Virus record (IMG/VR): IMGVR_UViG_3300025592_000061
Location: 1 to 25,994 of that record
Strand: one strand, 5' to 3'
Origin: a virus
Length of the DNA: 25,994 bases
Below, piece after piece: positions 1-8,396 of this stretch. The stretch's first letter is position 1; every line of letters begins with the position of its first letter. The position numbers were made by a program, and so were the translations under genes. The notes under the pieces were generated by a model that was given only the letters and a program-made list of their open reading frames with translations, did no database searches and was not told the DNA's origin.

Positions 1-12
1 TTGTTCTATCTT

Positions 13-43
13 TATTTATATTTCTTTTCTTTATATATTTATA
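13..43 (-). promoter_or_regulatory. Two tandem T4-type late promoter boxes TATAAATA (43..36 and 20..13) just downstream of gp41
   Basis: The plus strand reads tatttata at 13-20 and 36-43. TATAAATA is the T4 gp55 late consensus. The downstream gene is outside the window. Confidence 0.6.
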
Positions 44-54
44 ACCAAACAAAG

Positions 55-1488
55 TTAGACGACTATTTTACCAAGACCAACTTTTTTCTTTTCTTCCTTG
101 AAACTATCCCAACTCATCGTTCCAGTTGTCTTCTTTCTGACATTACCTTCTTTCGGTTCAGTGTTCAATTCTGCCTGTGCCTCTTCCTCTACGTCATAAA
201 GTCTCATTTTAGCACGATCAATTCCAATCACAAAGTTTCTGTTCTTAACAGGATCATTATAACGATTTTTGAGTTGTTTCACCTTGATTTGATTGTGTTC
301 TTCCAGCTCTTCTGTTGAAATTAAAGCGAACATGAAGTCTGCCGCAGCCGTGATCCCAAAACTTTCACTGGTGTCACTTAGGTCGATGTCAGTGGAGAGA
401 AATCCTGCTCGATTCGTCTGCGTTGCGGTCACGACGGGAATGTTCCACTCAACTGCCAACCCTCTCACCTCCTCTGCAATTGCCTTAACGACAAAATATG
501 AACCAGCGGAAATGTTGTTCTTGTAACGTGAAGAAGTGCAGATGTTTAGATAATCGATAAACAATATGTCTGGTACGAACCCCTTTTTGATTTTGAGTTC
601 GTTCAACAACACTTTAAAATTAGAAACAGATGCGGATGCGGTAGGGTATTCTTTAATGATTAATCTCCCACTGGTTTTGTTTTTAAGTTTGTCTATTTTT
701 TTGTTATAGTGTTCTTTGGAAATATCTTTCAATCCGCCCATAGTCACGTTTAACAGGTTTGCATCTATACGTTCCGCAATTCGTTCCTCTGCCATTTCTA
801 ATGTGATGTACAACACGTTTCGGTTTTCGGTGAGACAATTTGCCGCAACATGACACATGAATAAAGATTTTCCAGCTCCTGTGCCTGCTAGGCAGATGCT
901 AAGAGATTTCCTCGGCAATCCTCCACTTGTGATTTTGTTGAAGTACTCCAAATCAAAAGGCATCTTCTCTTCTTTTTTTCTATAAAACTCGAAACGTTCT
1001 TCTGCGTTTTCCAAAAAATCATGTCCAATATTTCGATCGAAACTAACGGCAAGAGCATCAGACAAGATAGTGGGGATTGCTTCTTTACTATAATCTGATT
1101 CTTTGGTTTCGTCAAAAATCCCAATCGAATCTGTTATTGCGTTATAGAGAGCCTTGTTTTGACAGAACTTTTCACTTCGTTCCAACAACCACGGCAAATC
1201 TTCTTTTTCGTTCTTTTCGTGAGCAATTTCTGCTTCTATTAATAGTTCTGTTGTTGATTGAAAATTTTCATCTGTAAGATCATTACGTTCACCCAATTCT
1301 ATGATAACCGCCTCTTTTGTTGGCGGATTGGAATATTTGTTGAAATAGTTTCTTATTTCCTGAAAAACAACTTTATCTGAAAATTGAGTAAAATATTCAT
1401 CCTTAAAGAATGGGAGTGTTTTTCTTGCGTACTCTTCATTATAAAGTAGGCTTCGCAAAATGATATTTTCGAGTCTTTCCATCTTCAC
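55..1488 (-). CDS. 41: T4-like replicative DNA helicase gp41 (DnaB/RecA fold); start may be 1482 (MERLE)
   Basis: Walker A AGTGAGKS, LYITLEMAEERIAERIDANL, FIDYLNI, SESFG and KQLKNRYND motifs; syntenic with uvsX. No intein seen. Confidence 0.95.
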   Translation of the reverse strand: MKMERLENIILRSLLYNEEYARKTLPFFKDEYFTQFSDKVVFQEIRNYFNKYSNPPTKEAVIIELGERNDLTDENFQSTTELLIEAEIAHEKNEKEDLPWLLERSEKFCQNKALYNAITDSIGIFDETKESDYSKEAIPTILSDALAVSFDRNIGHDFLENAEERFEFYRKKEEKMPFDLEYFNKITSGGLPRKSLSICLAGTGAGKSLFMCHVAANCLTENRNVLYITLEMAEERIAERIDANLLNVTMGGLKDISKEHYNKKIDKLKNKTSGRLIIKEYPTASASVSNFKVLLNELKIKKGFVPDILFIDYLNICTSSRYKNNISAGSYFVVKAIAEEVRGLAVEWNIPVVTATQTNRAGFLSTDIDLSDTSESFGITAAADFMFALISTEELEEHNQIKVKQLKNRYNDPVKNRNFVIGIDRAKMRLYDVEEEAQAELNTEPKEGNVRKKTTGTMSWDSFKEEKKKVGLGKIVV

Positions 1489-1816
1489 TTTCTTCTTTTT
1501 GTTTTTCTAACTCTTTGTTAAGAACATGAATATAAATTTTTCCTAAAAGAGATTCAAATTCATCTCCCTCTTCGTCTGAAAATTCCTTATTTTTAAACTC
1601 CGGAGGTATGGTCACAATATCATACTCAAATCTGACCTTTGAAGTACCATCATCATTATCCTTGTCTGCCATTTGAAATCGACCATATGCAACATCTATT
1701 CCAGCAAACGGGCCTCTTTCTATTCTGACACAAAGACGTTCCTTTTCGTCTGGGTCAGGAACTCTGTTGTAATACTTCTTGATCTGTTCCGGCGACATCT
1801 CCATTTGTTCTTCCAT
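1439..1816 (-). CDS. Hypothetical protein in the T4 gene 40 position (between uvsX and 41); true start may be the second Met (1804)
   Basis: 125-aa open frame in the same orientation. Synteny only; no clear sequence match to T4 gp40. Confidence 0.6.
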   Translation of the reverse strand: MEEQMEMSPEQIKKYYNRVPDPDEKERLCVRIERGPFAGIDVAYGRFQMADKDNDDGTSKVRFEYDIVTIPPEFKNKEFSDEEGDEFESLLGKIYIHVLNKELEKQKEESEDGKTRKYHFAKPTL

Positions 1817-2822
1817 AAGTATACTCTATTTTTGCATAATTGTCAAGTTGATTCAGTATATCCTCTGTAAAATATTTCTCTGGATCTTTGAGGATTTGTT
1901 TTCCAAATAATTTCGAACCATCTGGAAGTTCGTATCGTGTAGTTACTTTCTTAAATATCCCTGCAGCCTCTGCCATTTCGAGAAGACCGTAATACTTATG
2001 CAGTCCATCACGATATGTTAATAGAACATCAACCATTTTGTTCTCTTTTGTCAATCGTGATTTTTGCATCTTACAATGAATGACATTTCCAATCACTTCA
2101 GTTCCTTCTTTTTCTTTTCGTTTTGACAGGAATACAATCGAAGAGGCGGCATATTGCACGGCGGTTCCCCCTCCCATAACCTTAGTCGGGTAAAGTGAAC
2201 CTATTTTTTCATATACGTGATTGGTAACTATAAATGGAACATTCACTTTTGCGAGCATCAGTGTGAGTACACGAAATGCACCTTTGATTACCTGTGCCTT
2301 TGTCATGTCCCTTTTACCAGAATCACTAGATATATCTGTCATTTCTTTTGTGGTTGACAACATTCCCAAAGAGTCTAGACACATCATCAATGGTGGTCTT
2401 TCCGACTCGTTTATCTCGCCATGTTTTTCTAAAATCTTGACTGCTTGATATCGAAACTCCTCGACTGTTGCAACAGGCATATGAAATACTCTTGTCGTAT
2501 CAATCCCCCGTTCTTTGAGCATTTCACTGGTCAAGGCAGATTCGGATTCAAAGTAAATACACCCACCAGTAGGATTCATGTCAAGAAAATGTTTGACTAA
2601 CCCTAGAGCGAAAAATGTTTTGCCAGTGGCCGATTCTCCAGCAATTGCAGTTATTTTGTTTGCAGGAAGTCCGCCATAAATAGAACCTGACAGTAACGCA
2701 TTGAATACATAAGAACCAGTATCAATATATTGCGACACATCTCCACCAAAAATACCATCATCAACCAACATTCCATATTCATTTCCTGCCGACTTGGCAA
2801 GGTCTTTAAAATAATTACTCAT
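1755..2822 (-). CDS. uvsX: UvsX RecA-like recombinase
   Basis: DTGSYVFNALLSGS, Walker A GESATGKT, DSLGML, VTNHVY and GG..YAAS..VFLSK motifs. Confidence 0.95.
   Translation of the reverse strand: MSNYFKDLAKSAGNEYGMLVDDGIFGGDVSQYIDTGSYVFNALLSGSIYGGLPANKITAIAGESATGKTFFALGLVKHFLDMNPTGGCIYFESESALTSEMLKERGIDTTRVFHMPVATVEEFRYQAVKILEKHGEINESERPPLMMCLDSLGMLSTTKEMTDISSDSGKRDMTKAQVIKGAFRVLTLMLAKVNVPFIVTNHVYEKIGSLYPTKVMGGGTAVQYAASSIVFLSKRKEKEGTEVIGNVIHCKMQKSRLTKENKMVDVLLTYRDGLHKYYGLLEMAEAAGIFKKVTTRYELPDGSKLFGKQILKDPEKYFTEDILNQLDNYAKIEYTYGRTNGDVAGTDQEVLQQSS
1818..1846 (-). promoter_or_regulatory. Sigma70-like promoter inside the 3' end of uvsX
   Basis: TTGACA (1846-1841), 17-nt spacer, TATACT (1823-1818). 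Confidence 0.5.
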
Positions 2823-2835
2823 AATTTAGTTCCTT

Positions 2836-3423
2836 TCATTTCATTTTCATGTCTTGCACTTCATCACAAAGACTCAATTTCTTGGCCTCTTTTGCATCTA
2901 ACCATACATCATGTGCAGGCATAAGTTTTTCCCGAATTTCTTTTTCCTTTAAGTTAGTGCATTTTTTATAATGGTTCATCAACCGTGTTGTGGTCAAATC
3001 AAATTCTTTAACACGGGCAAATAGCTCATGTTCCTTTCCCCAACTACCCCAAGAAAATTGATGGGATAAAATCGAAGTGTTTGGTGTGAGAATTCTTTTC
3101 CCTTTTGTGCCAGTTATGAACATCAAAAGACCACACGATGCAATCATTCCCATTCCAATTGTACGTATCGGAATTTTAGATCCCATCATTACATCGAGTA
3201 ACGCAAAACAAGCATTCAAATCTCCTCCTGGCGAACAGATCCCCAAAGTCAACTCTTTGTGTTGTTTTTCTTTAGCAAAATTGGCTGCAATAATCCAATT
3301 AATTATTGGATTCATTGATTCCATTGTTACATCCCCCATAAACACATGAAATCCTTTCTGAAACAATTCTGTATCGGGACTTTCTGTGCTCTGTGATCTT
3401 TGTCCATTTTCTTCATCTGTCAT
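2836..3423 (-). CDS. clpP: ClpP-like serine protease (S14 family)
   Basis: ICSPGG (cf. INSPGG), catalytic Ser in IASCG, His in ILSHQ, Asp in HDVWLDAKEAKKLSLCDEV. SD AGGAG lies upstream. Confidence 0.88.
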   Translation of the reverse strand: MTDEENGQRSQSTESPDTELFQKGFHVFMGDVTMESMNPIINWIIAANFAKEKQHKELTLGICSPGGDLNACFALLDVMMGSKIPIRTIGMGMIASCGLLMFITGTKGKRILTPNTSILSHQFSWGSWGKEHELFARVKEFDLTTTRLMNHYKKCTNLKEKEIREKLMPAHDVWLDAKEAKKLSLCDEVQDMKMK

Positions 3424-3443
3424 TTTTCTCCTTTCATTTATTT

Positions 3444-3477
3444 TATAAATACAAAACGCAACGACCTAAGAAGGAGG
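3444..3477 (+). promoter_or_regulatory. Plus-strand late promoter TATAAATA (3444-3451) and strong SD AAGGAGG (3471-3477)
   Basis: Exact late box, followed by a near-perfect SD 5 nt before the ATG at 3483. Confidence 0.6.
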
Positions 3478-3482
3478 TTATC

Positions 3483-3671
3483 ATGTCTACTATTACTTAT
3501 TTCCCATACGAACAAGAACTCATAGAATTCTGCGAAACTGTCGATGTTTCTGATTATAAACCATCTAAAAACTGGGGCGGTTGGAAGGTCATCTCCAATG
3601 TATATTTAAATCCGATCCATCATTATATGCAGGCCGAACAACAACATTTCCATCAAATAATTTATTCATAA
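3483..3671 (+). CDS. Putative small late ORF (62 aa, MSTITYFPYEQELIEF...), antisense-overlapping the methyltransferase 3' end
   Basis: Late promoter, SD and ATG are correctly spaced. No recognisable domain. Confidence 0.4.
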   Translation: MSTITYFPYEQELIEFCETVDVSDYKPSKNWGGWKVISNVYLNPIHHYMQAEQQHFHQIIYS

Positions 3672-4155
3672 TAATAATCGCTCGACCAGTTTTAGTTGTT
3701 TTGTCTGTAATTTGATAAGAATGAGAATACTCTTCCTCAAAATTAATTTTAACCTCTGTGTGGCCAGGATCGTCATAAAAAACTTCTTTGAGTTTAGGAG
3801 TTGGAAACGTAAAAACAATATTTTCACATATCCTTATTGCCTCATTTACAAATATTTTTTTCTTATCTGGATCAATATGTTCTATAACTTCACTACACCA
3901 TCCCCATTCCCAATGATTATCTTCAAAATGAGAACCTTTTGTTAAATCCATTACATGATCTACTTTTGGAGGCGCACCACGAATATCTAACGCTCGATAC
4001 TCTCCCCCAATACCAAGTCTCCCTTTCAGAACACCCTTATATGGACAATTTACACCAGAACCAATATCCAATATAGATCTTCTTCCTCTTGGTGGAAGAA
4101 ATAATAAAAAATATCGTATAACATTTTCTATATTTTTGTGTTCAGTTACATTCAT
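3589..4155 (-). CDS. Class I SAM-dependent methyltransferase
   Basis: ILDIGSG motif I, LDIR after strand 2, CSEVIEHI, VFTFP. ATGA overlap with the gp43 C-terminal gene. Confidence 0.8.
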   Translation of the reverse strand: MNVTEHKNIENVIRYFLLFLPPRGRRSILDIGSGVNCPYKGVLKGRLGIGGEYRALDIRGAPPKVDHVMDLTKGSHFEDNHWEWGWCSEVIEHIDPDKKKIFVNEAIRICENIVFTFPTPKLKEVFYDDPGHTEVKINFEEEYSHSYQITDKTTKTGRAIIIMNKLFDGNVVVRPAYNDGSDLNIHWR

Positions 4156-5522
4156 CCGAAAAAATCTTCAAGTGTTGATATGTATTCAGTCTGCCAACCT
4201 ATAGCAGACAACACTGTCGACATAGGATCGATGAACGATTTTTGAAACATTTTATCATAGTCGATATATTGTTCCAACTCTAACTCAGGTGGTAACCTAT
4301 TCATTATTGCAATAACTTCTCCACCAACCGTATTTGGTTTTTTGAGATATGCAAACTTTATTTTTTCACCATCTTGTATTAATGGATAATCATTTGTCAG
4401 TTTCTTGTCTTTGAGTAGTTTGTTGTAAAGTAACGCCCCCTTCACATGAACAGGAGTGCCTTTAATATACAATTGAGATGCATCGTGATATTTTGTTATC
4501 CCACGAACCGAGCGAGGAAAAAATATATCCTCTGCTTTTAATGCCCGAAACTCTTCCCTAAACTCATCAATATAATTTATCACCTCTTCTTCTGTGCCAT
4601 TCATGATGATATTAAAAATGCCTTTCATTTTTTCTTTGCACGCCGCAGGAGTAGAGGATCGAACTGATTCGATTCCCATAACCTTGAGTTGTGGGGTTTC
4701 ATATCGAACACCCTCTGCATCATATACATTCATGATATAACGTTTTTTTGCAGTCCATAGGGCCTTGTCTGCAATGTTTTCACGTTTCATGACCATCTTT
4801 TGATCGTATGCATTTACATAATCAGCAAGTTTCTGATAAGAAGCATCTATGATTTTTTCCATTTGTTCAGAACAAACCTTATCTAAAAAATCAACTACTT
4901 TATTTTTATCATCAATCGTATCTCCATAGACTTTTTTTACCAAATCATCCATGCAAATATAAACTGAATCTGTATCAACTGCCACGACATAATCTTTTTC
5001 TTTTTCTGGTTTAAGTACTTCGTTCAAATATCGATTGATTTCTTTTTCAATCCATTTAATTGAAAGTTGTCCAGATGTTGTAACGGCTTCGGCAATTCGT
5101 TGGTCAAAATATCTAAAGTGTTCGTTCCCCATTGCACCAAAAGCGGAGTTGAGCGTAGTCTTTAGATTGTTCTGCATATTATGATACTTAGAAATCAGTT
5201 TATACAATTCTACTCTCTTGTCTCCATCCTTTTCCTTCTGCAACTTTTTCTTGGTCGCAATCATCTTTTTCTTATACTTTACCCGATCATTATAAATGTC
5301 TTGCATCATCTCTGGAAGAAAACCTTGTTTATCACAACTAAATATTGCTCCATTTGGGGACATCGTGCAATTCAGTCGTTTCAGTGAAGAAAGGTCAATC
5401 TCTTTATTGACTAACTGAACAGCAGACAAAGTTTGTTTCTTCTCAAGAAGATAAACCCAATCTGCTAGTTCTTGTTTTATGTCTTCCCTTGACAGATCTT
5501 TTATATTTCTAAACTTGTTCAT
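4152..5522 (-). CDS. 43: DNA polymerase gp43, C-terminal part (fingers/palm/thumb)
   Basis: SPNGA..GFLP, motif B KTTLNSAFG, motif C VDTDSVY, KKRY, KVMGIESVRSSTP, HVKGALLYN and C-terminal clamp-binding-like LEDFFG. Confidence 0.93.
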   Translation of the reverse strand: MNKFRNIKDLSREDIKQELADWVYLLEKKQTLSAVQLVNKEIDLSSLKRLNCTMSPNGAIFSCDKQGFLPEMMQDIYNDRVKYKKKMIATKKKLQKEKDGDKRVELYKLISKYHNMQNNLKTTLNSAFGAMGNEHFRYFDQRIAEAVTTSGQLSIKWIEKEINRYLNEVLKPEKEKDYVVAVDTDSVYICMDDLVKKVYGDTIDDKNKVVDFLDKVCSEQMEKIIDASYQKLADYVNAYDQKMVMKRENIADKALWTAKKRYIMNVYDAEGVRYETPQLKVMGIESVRSSTPAACKEKMKGIFNIIMNGTEEEVINYIDEFREEFRALKAEDIFFPRSVRGITKYHDASQLYIKGTPVHVKGALLYNKLLKDKKLTNDYPLIQDGEKIKFAYLKKPNTVGGEVIAIMNRLPPELELEQYIDYDKMFQKSFIDPMSTVLSAIGWQTEYISTLEDFFG

Positions 5523-6097
5523 ATAATCTTATCTCGTTTAGAACGATTTTCCACCATTGTCAAATATTGTAAATTGTCTGGATGATGTAAACCACCCTTT
5601 GATATTGGTATAATATGGTCTATCTCATATCCATCTGGACATTTGAGATACAATTGCTCTATCACATTTTCCTCTTCTGTTGTCAATTCACATTGTGCAT
5701 CTTTCATCCAAGCTCTTCTTTTAGCGGATCTCATTGTTCTCATTTTTGTTCGATGTTTTTTACCTAAATCTCGGGCTTTTGCTGAACAACTATGACAACA
5801 ATATTTTATTTCCCATTTACCATGAGACCTAAATGGAACAACTATAAAATCACCGCCACATTCTAAACATTGCTTGGTCACCTTTCTTTCTTTGTTTTTA
5901 CATTCCGCTTCGAATGATTTTTTTATTCCAAAATTTTGTAATTTCTTTTTTATTGTCACATCTGCGACACCAAACATATCTGCTATTTCGTATCTTCTCA
6001 TATTCTGATTGACATATAATTCCAATAATTTCTCTTTTGATATGTGTACATATTTTGTATTGTTGAATGGATTTGGTATGTATTTGTTTGCTGACAT
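5519..6097 (-). mobile_element. Free-standing HNH homing endonuclease gene inserted in gene 43
   Basis: N-terminal HTH-like RRYEIADMFGVADVTIKKKL, Cys cluster CLEC...CCHSC, C-terminal EIDHIIPISKGGLHHPDNLQYLT..EN..K HNH motif. Lies between the two polymerase halves. Confidence 0.88.
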
Positions 6098-6101
6098 ATT
6101 A

Positions 6102-6156
6102 CCCCTTTTAATAGTTGTATCCTCATATAGTTATTTATAAAAACAACGAAGTGGGG
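6102..6156 (-). promoter_or_regulatory. Late promoter TATAAATA (6139..6132) inside a putative RBS-sequestering hairpin upstream of the HNH gene
   Basis: On the minus strand CCCC (6156-6153) pairs with GGGG (6105-6102, the SD) and GUUGU (6147-6143) pairs with ACAAC (6118-6114). The late box lies between the arms. Confidence 0.55.
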
Positions 6157-6166
6157 ATATAACATA

Positions 6167-7444
6167 TTACAAGGCACTTTCCAGTTCTCTCATTCTATTA
6201 TAGATTTCACTATCGCCGATTAGGTTTTCGGGGGAAATCGTATATTCCATTATCAAATGAGGATATAGAGAGTTCAAATCGAAATTCACTACCCATTCGT
6301 GGGCTCCGAGAATAGGTTCTTTCACATACGCACCTTCAAACTGTGTGGATTTGCTCGAATGTTTCTTTGGTGGAATAACAATGTTTTTCCTGAGAAGATT
6401 GTTGAAAATTAATGTATCCCACATCCGAACTTGGCCGAATGTGTTACCATAATTCACCTTGCAGAGATATGCAAGTGCAACTAACATTTCAAGCAATTTC
6501 AATTTGCTCTCTAACTCTTCGACCAGTTCCACATCTTTAATATTGTATGTGAGGAACTTCTGATAATCGTTTTTATAAAGAAGATGGAGAGAACCCTGTT
6601 CAGAATAATCAAGTTTACGTTCTCCCAATTCCACAAATGCAATGTGATCGAGTCGATATGACTCTTGATTAGTATAAGTAAATTTACGATACATCGATAA
6701 ATAATCAAGAGTTTCTACTCCCGCTATTTGGTAGGACTGAAGTTCCCGACCACCCATCCCAAAGATCATACATTCTCTAACCTTTTTCCAAGGCGAAAGT
6801 AAACGGTAAGGATTGTTCTTGTCCTTAAACAATCTTTTTGCACGATTGACAAGATACGGAATATCGAATGTTTCTATGTTCCACCCTGTAACGATATCTG
6901 GCGACTCTCTATCCCATATTTCGAAGAACTTCCGTAGAAGGGCCTCCTCACTATCAAAACGAAAATAGAAAACATTTTCTCTATCATGAACGAATTCTCC
7001 TCTACCGAAAACATAACACTTCTCATCCACTTTAATTGTGATAGCAGTTACTTCTTCGTTTGCAGTTTCGATATTTGGAAATCCATGTTCTGATCCAGTT
7101 TCTATATCAAGATATGCAATACGAATTAGTGAAAAATCATAATCAATATGTTCTTCTGGAAAGTATTCTGCAATAAAAGAAAACTCAAACTTATCGTTAC
7201 CGTAAATGTCGAAGTTGTCGATCCCCCTATACTTGCGAATAAAGTCTCCACACTCTTTCATGTTGCCTGGTCGGATTTCTCCAACTGGTTTATCTTCAAG
7301 AGTCCGAAATTTAGTTTTTTCTTTGGTAGGAACATAGAGTGTGGGTTTATACTCTACACGATCTCTAAATCTTTCACCATCGTCGGAAATACCACGGAAT
7401 AAAATGTTATTCCCTAGTCGATGCACATTTGTATAAAAACTCAT
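6167..7444 (-). CDS. 43: DNA polymerase gp43, N-terminal part (N-domain, 3'-5' exonuclease, motif A)
   Basis: ExoI YLDIETGS, ExoII GWNIETFDIPYLVNR, ExoIII YNIKDV, motif A FDLNSLYPHLIM. Ends 17 residues after ISPENL. Confidence 0.93.
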   Translation of the reverse strand: MSFYTNVHRLGNNILFRGISDDGERFRDRVEYKPTLYVPTKEKTKFRTLEDKPVGEIRPGNMKECGDFIRKYRGIDNFDIYGNDKFEFSFIAEYFPEEHIDYDFSLIRIAYLDIETGSEHGFPNIETANEEVTAITIKVDEKCYVFGRGEFVHDRENVFYFRFDSEEALLRKFFEIWDRESPDIVTGWNIETFDIPYLVNRAKRLFKDKNNPYRLLSPWKKVRECMIFGMGGRELQSYQIAGVETLDYLSMYRKFTYTNQESYRLDHIAFVELGERKLDYSEQGSLHLLYKNDYQKFLTYNIKDVELVEELESKLKLLEMLVALAYLCKVNYGNTFGQVRMWDTLIFNNLLRKNIVIPPKKHSSKSTQFEGAYVKEPILGAHEWVVNFDLNSLYPHLIMEYTISPENLIGDSEIYNRMRELESAL

Positions 7445-7504
7445 ATATTTTTTTATATCAAAATCATAAAATTCAACTCAATCAACATTTAATTTGTATA
7501 TCTT

Positions 7505-7533
7505 ATTATATCACACTACAATGTGTTTGTCAA
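7505..7533 (-). promoter_or_regulatory. Sigma70-like promoter for gene 43
   Basis: TTGACA (7533-7528), N17, TATAAT (7510-7505), with extended TG. Confidence 0.75.
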
Positions 7534-7541
7534 CTCAATTC

Positions 7542-8006
7542 TCACGAAAGTAGACCATTTTTATATTGTGTCTTTCCCCCAATTCTCAAAGCGGTCATTG
7601 TTTTTCCACGATTACTACCATCCTTTTTATAAGAACAATGTATCCAGCCACTGTGGGGATCTTTGCCATCATAAAATTCCAGAATGAGTTGGTCGAAATC
7701 TAAATTTGCAGCAATCCACGCTGCAAGTTTTGGATTGGAGATTTTAGAAGACTCGAAGTCGGCCGCCTCACCGTTACAATGTTGACTAGATTTCGACCCA
7801 CCCACTTTAGCGTTCAATGTAGGGGAACGATAACCACTATTGATACGAATCGGGCCAAATTCTTCTCTCACTGGTTGTAAAATATGATTACAAAGGTTGA
7901 CCAAACCGATCACATGTTCAACTGTTGGTTCATTTGAAACATTGAGACGTTGAGCGGTTGAACTTTTTATCATTTCTAAATATGAAAAATTTTTCGTCAA
8001 ATACAT
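7542..8006 (-). CDS. Peptidase M15A-family peptidoglycan hydrolase (endolysin-like)
   Basis: INSGYRSPTLNAKVGGSKSSQHCNGEAADF and WIHCS zinc-ligand motifs. Confidence 0.85.
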   Translation of the reverse strand: MYLTKNFSYLEMIKSSTAQRLNVSNEPTVEHVIGLVNLCNHILQPVREEFGPIRINSGYRSPTLNAKVGGSKSSQHCNGEAADFESSKISNPKLAAWIAANLDFDQLILEFYDGKDPHSGWIHCSYKKDGSNRGKTMTALRIGGKTQYKNGLLS

Positions 8007-8008
8007 AA

Positions 8009-8320
8009 TTATCCTTGTATAATTTTAACTTCTTTCGTGTTGGGATCGAACCTCACCTTAAACCCGACTTCAATAGGAAGAAATTTTCCATCCTTGAAAG
8101 GTATGGGTAATTTCCCCTCTGCGGCACCTGATAAAGCGTCCTTTATGCTTTCAAATGGGTGTTCTATGTCACCTGCAATTATATTTTCTAACTCATCCTT
8201 GGCTTCATCTGGAAGAACATCGTTGATCATTTTTTCAACATGTTCTTTTGCCAAATTCTGCGCCTTGTCAATAACGAGACCCGATATAACATTAAATAAT
8301 AGTCCAGCCAATGGTAACAT
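8009..8320 (-). CDS. Hypothetical protein with a hydrophobic/amphipathic N-terminus, next to the M15 gene
   Basis: SD AGGAG upstream and a 103-aa open frame. No family recognised. Confidence 0.7.
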   Translation of the reverse strand: MLPLAGLLFNVISGLVIDKAQNLAKEHVEKMINDVLPDEAKDELENIIAGDIEHPFESIKDALSGAAEGKLPIPFKDGKFLPIEVGFKVRFDPNTKEVKIIQG

Positions 8321-8342
8321 GATTTTTCTCCTGCAAACAATT

Positions 8343-8385
8343 AAAAAATAAAAAACCCCCCACCAAAGTATATATTAGTGGGGGG
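8343..8385 (-). terminator. Rho-independent terminator after hsp20
   Basis: Minus strand CCCCCCACUAA / UUGGUGGGGGG 11-bp stem followed by UUUUUUAUUUUUU. Confidence 0.85.
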
Positions 8386-8396
8386 AAGAGGTGTAC

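Noticed and set aside
6098-6169. Read-through fusion of gp43A to the HNH ORF (same frame)
   Set aside because: Two in-frame TAA stops separate them.
5430-6220. Group I intron or split intein explanation for the gp43 interruption
   Set aside because: There is only 69 nt of non-coding sequence, no recognisable P7 R/S elements (GACUA, AAGAUAUAGUC), and no intein terminal residues. Not formally excluded without RT-PCR.
8009-8320. Holin call for the gene next to the M15 peptidase
   Set aside because: There is only a short hydrophobic N-terminus and no convincing transmembrane helix.
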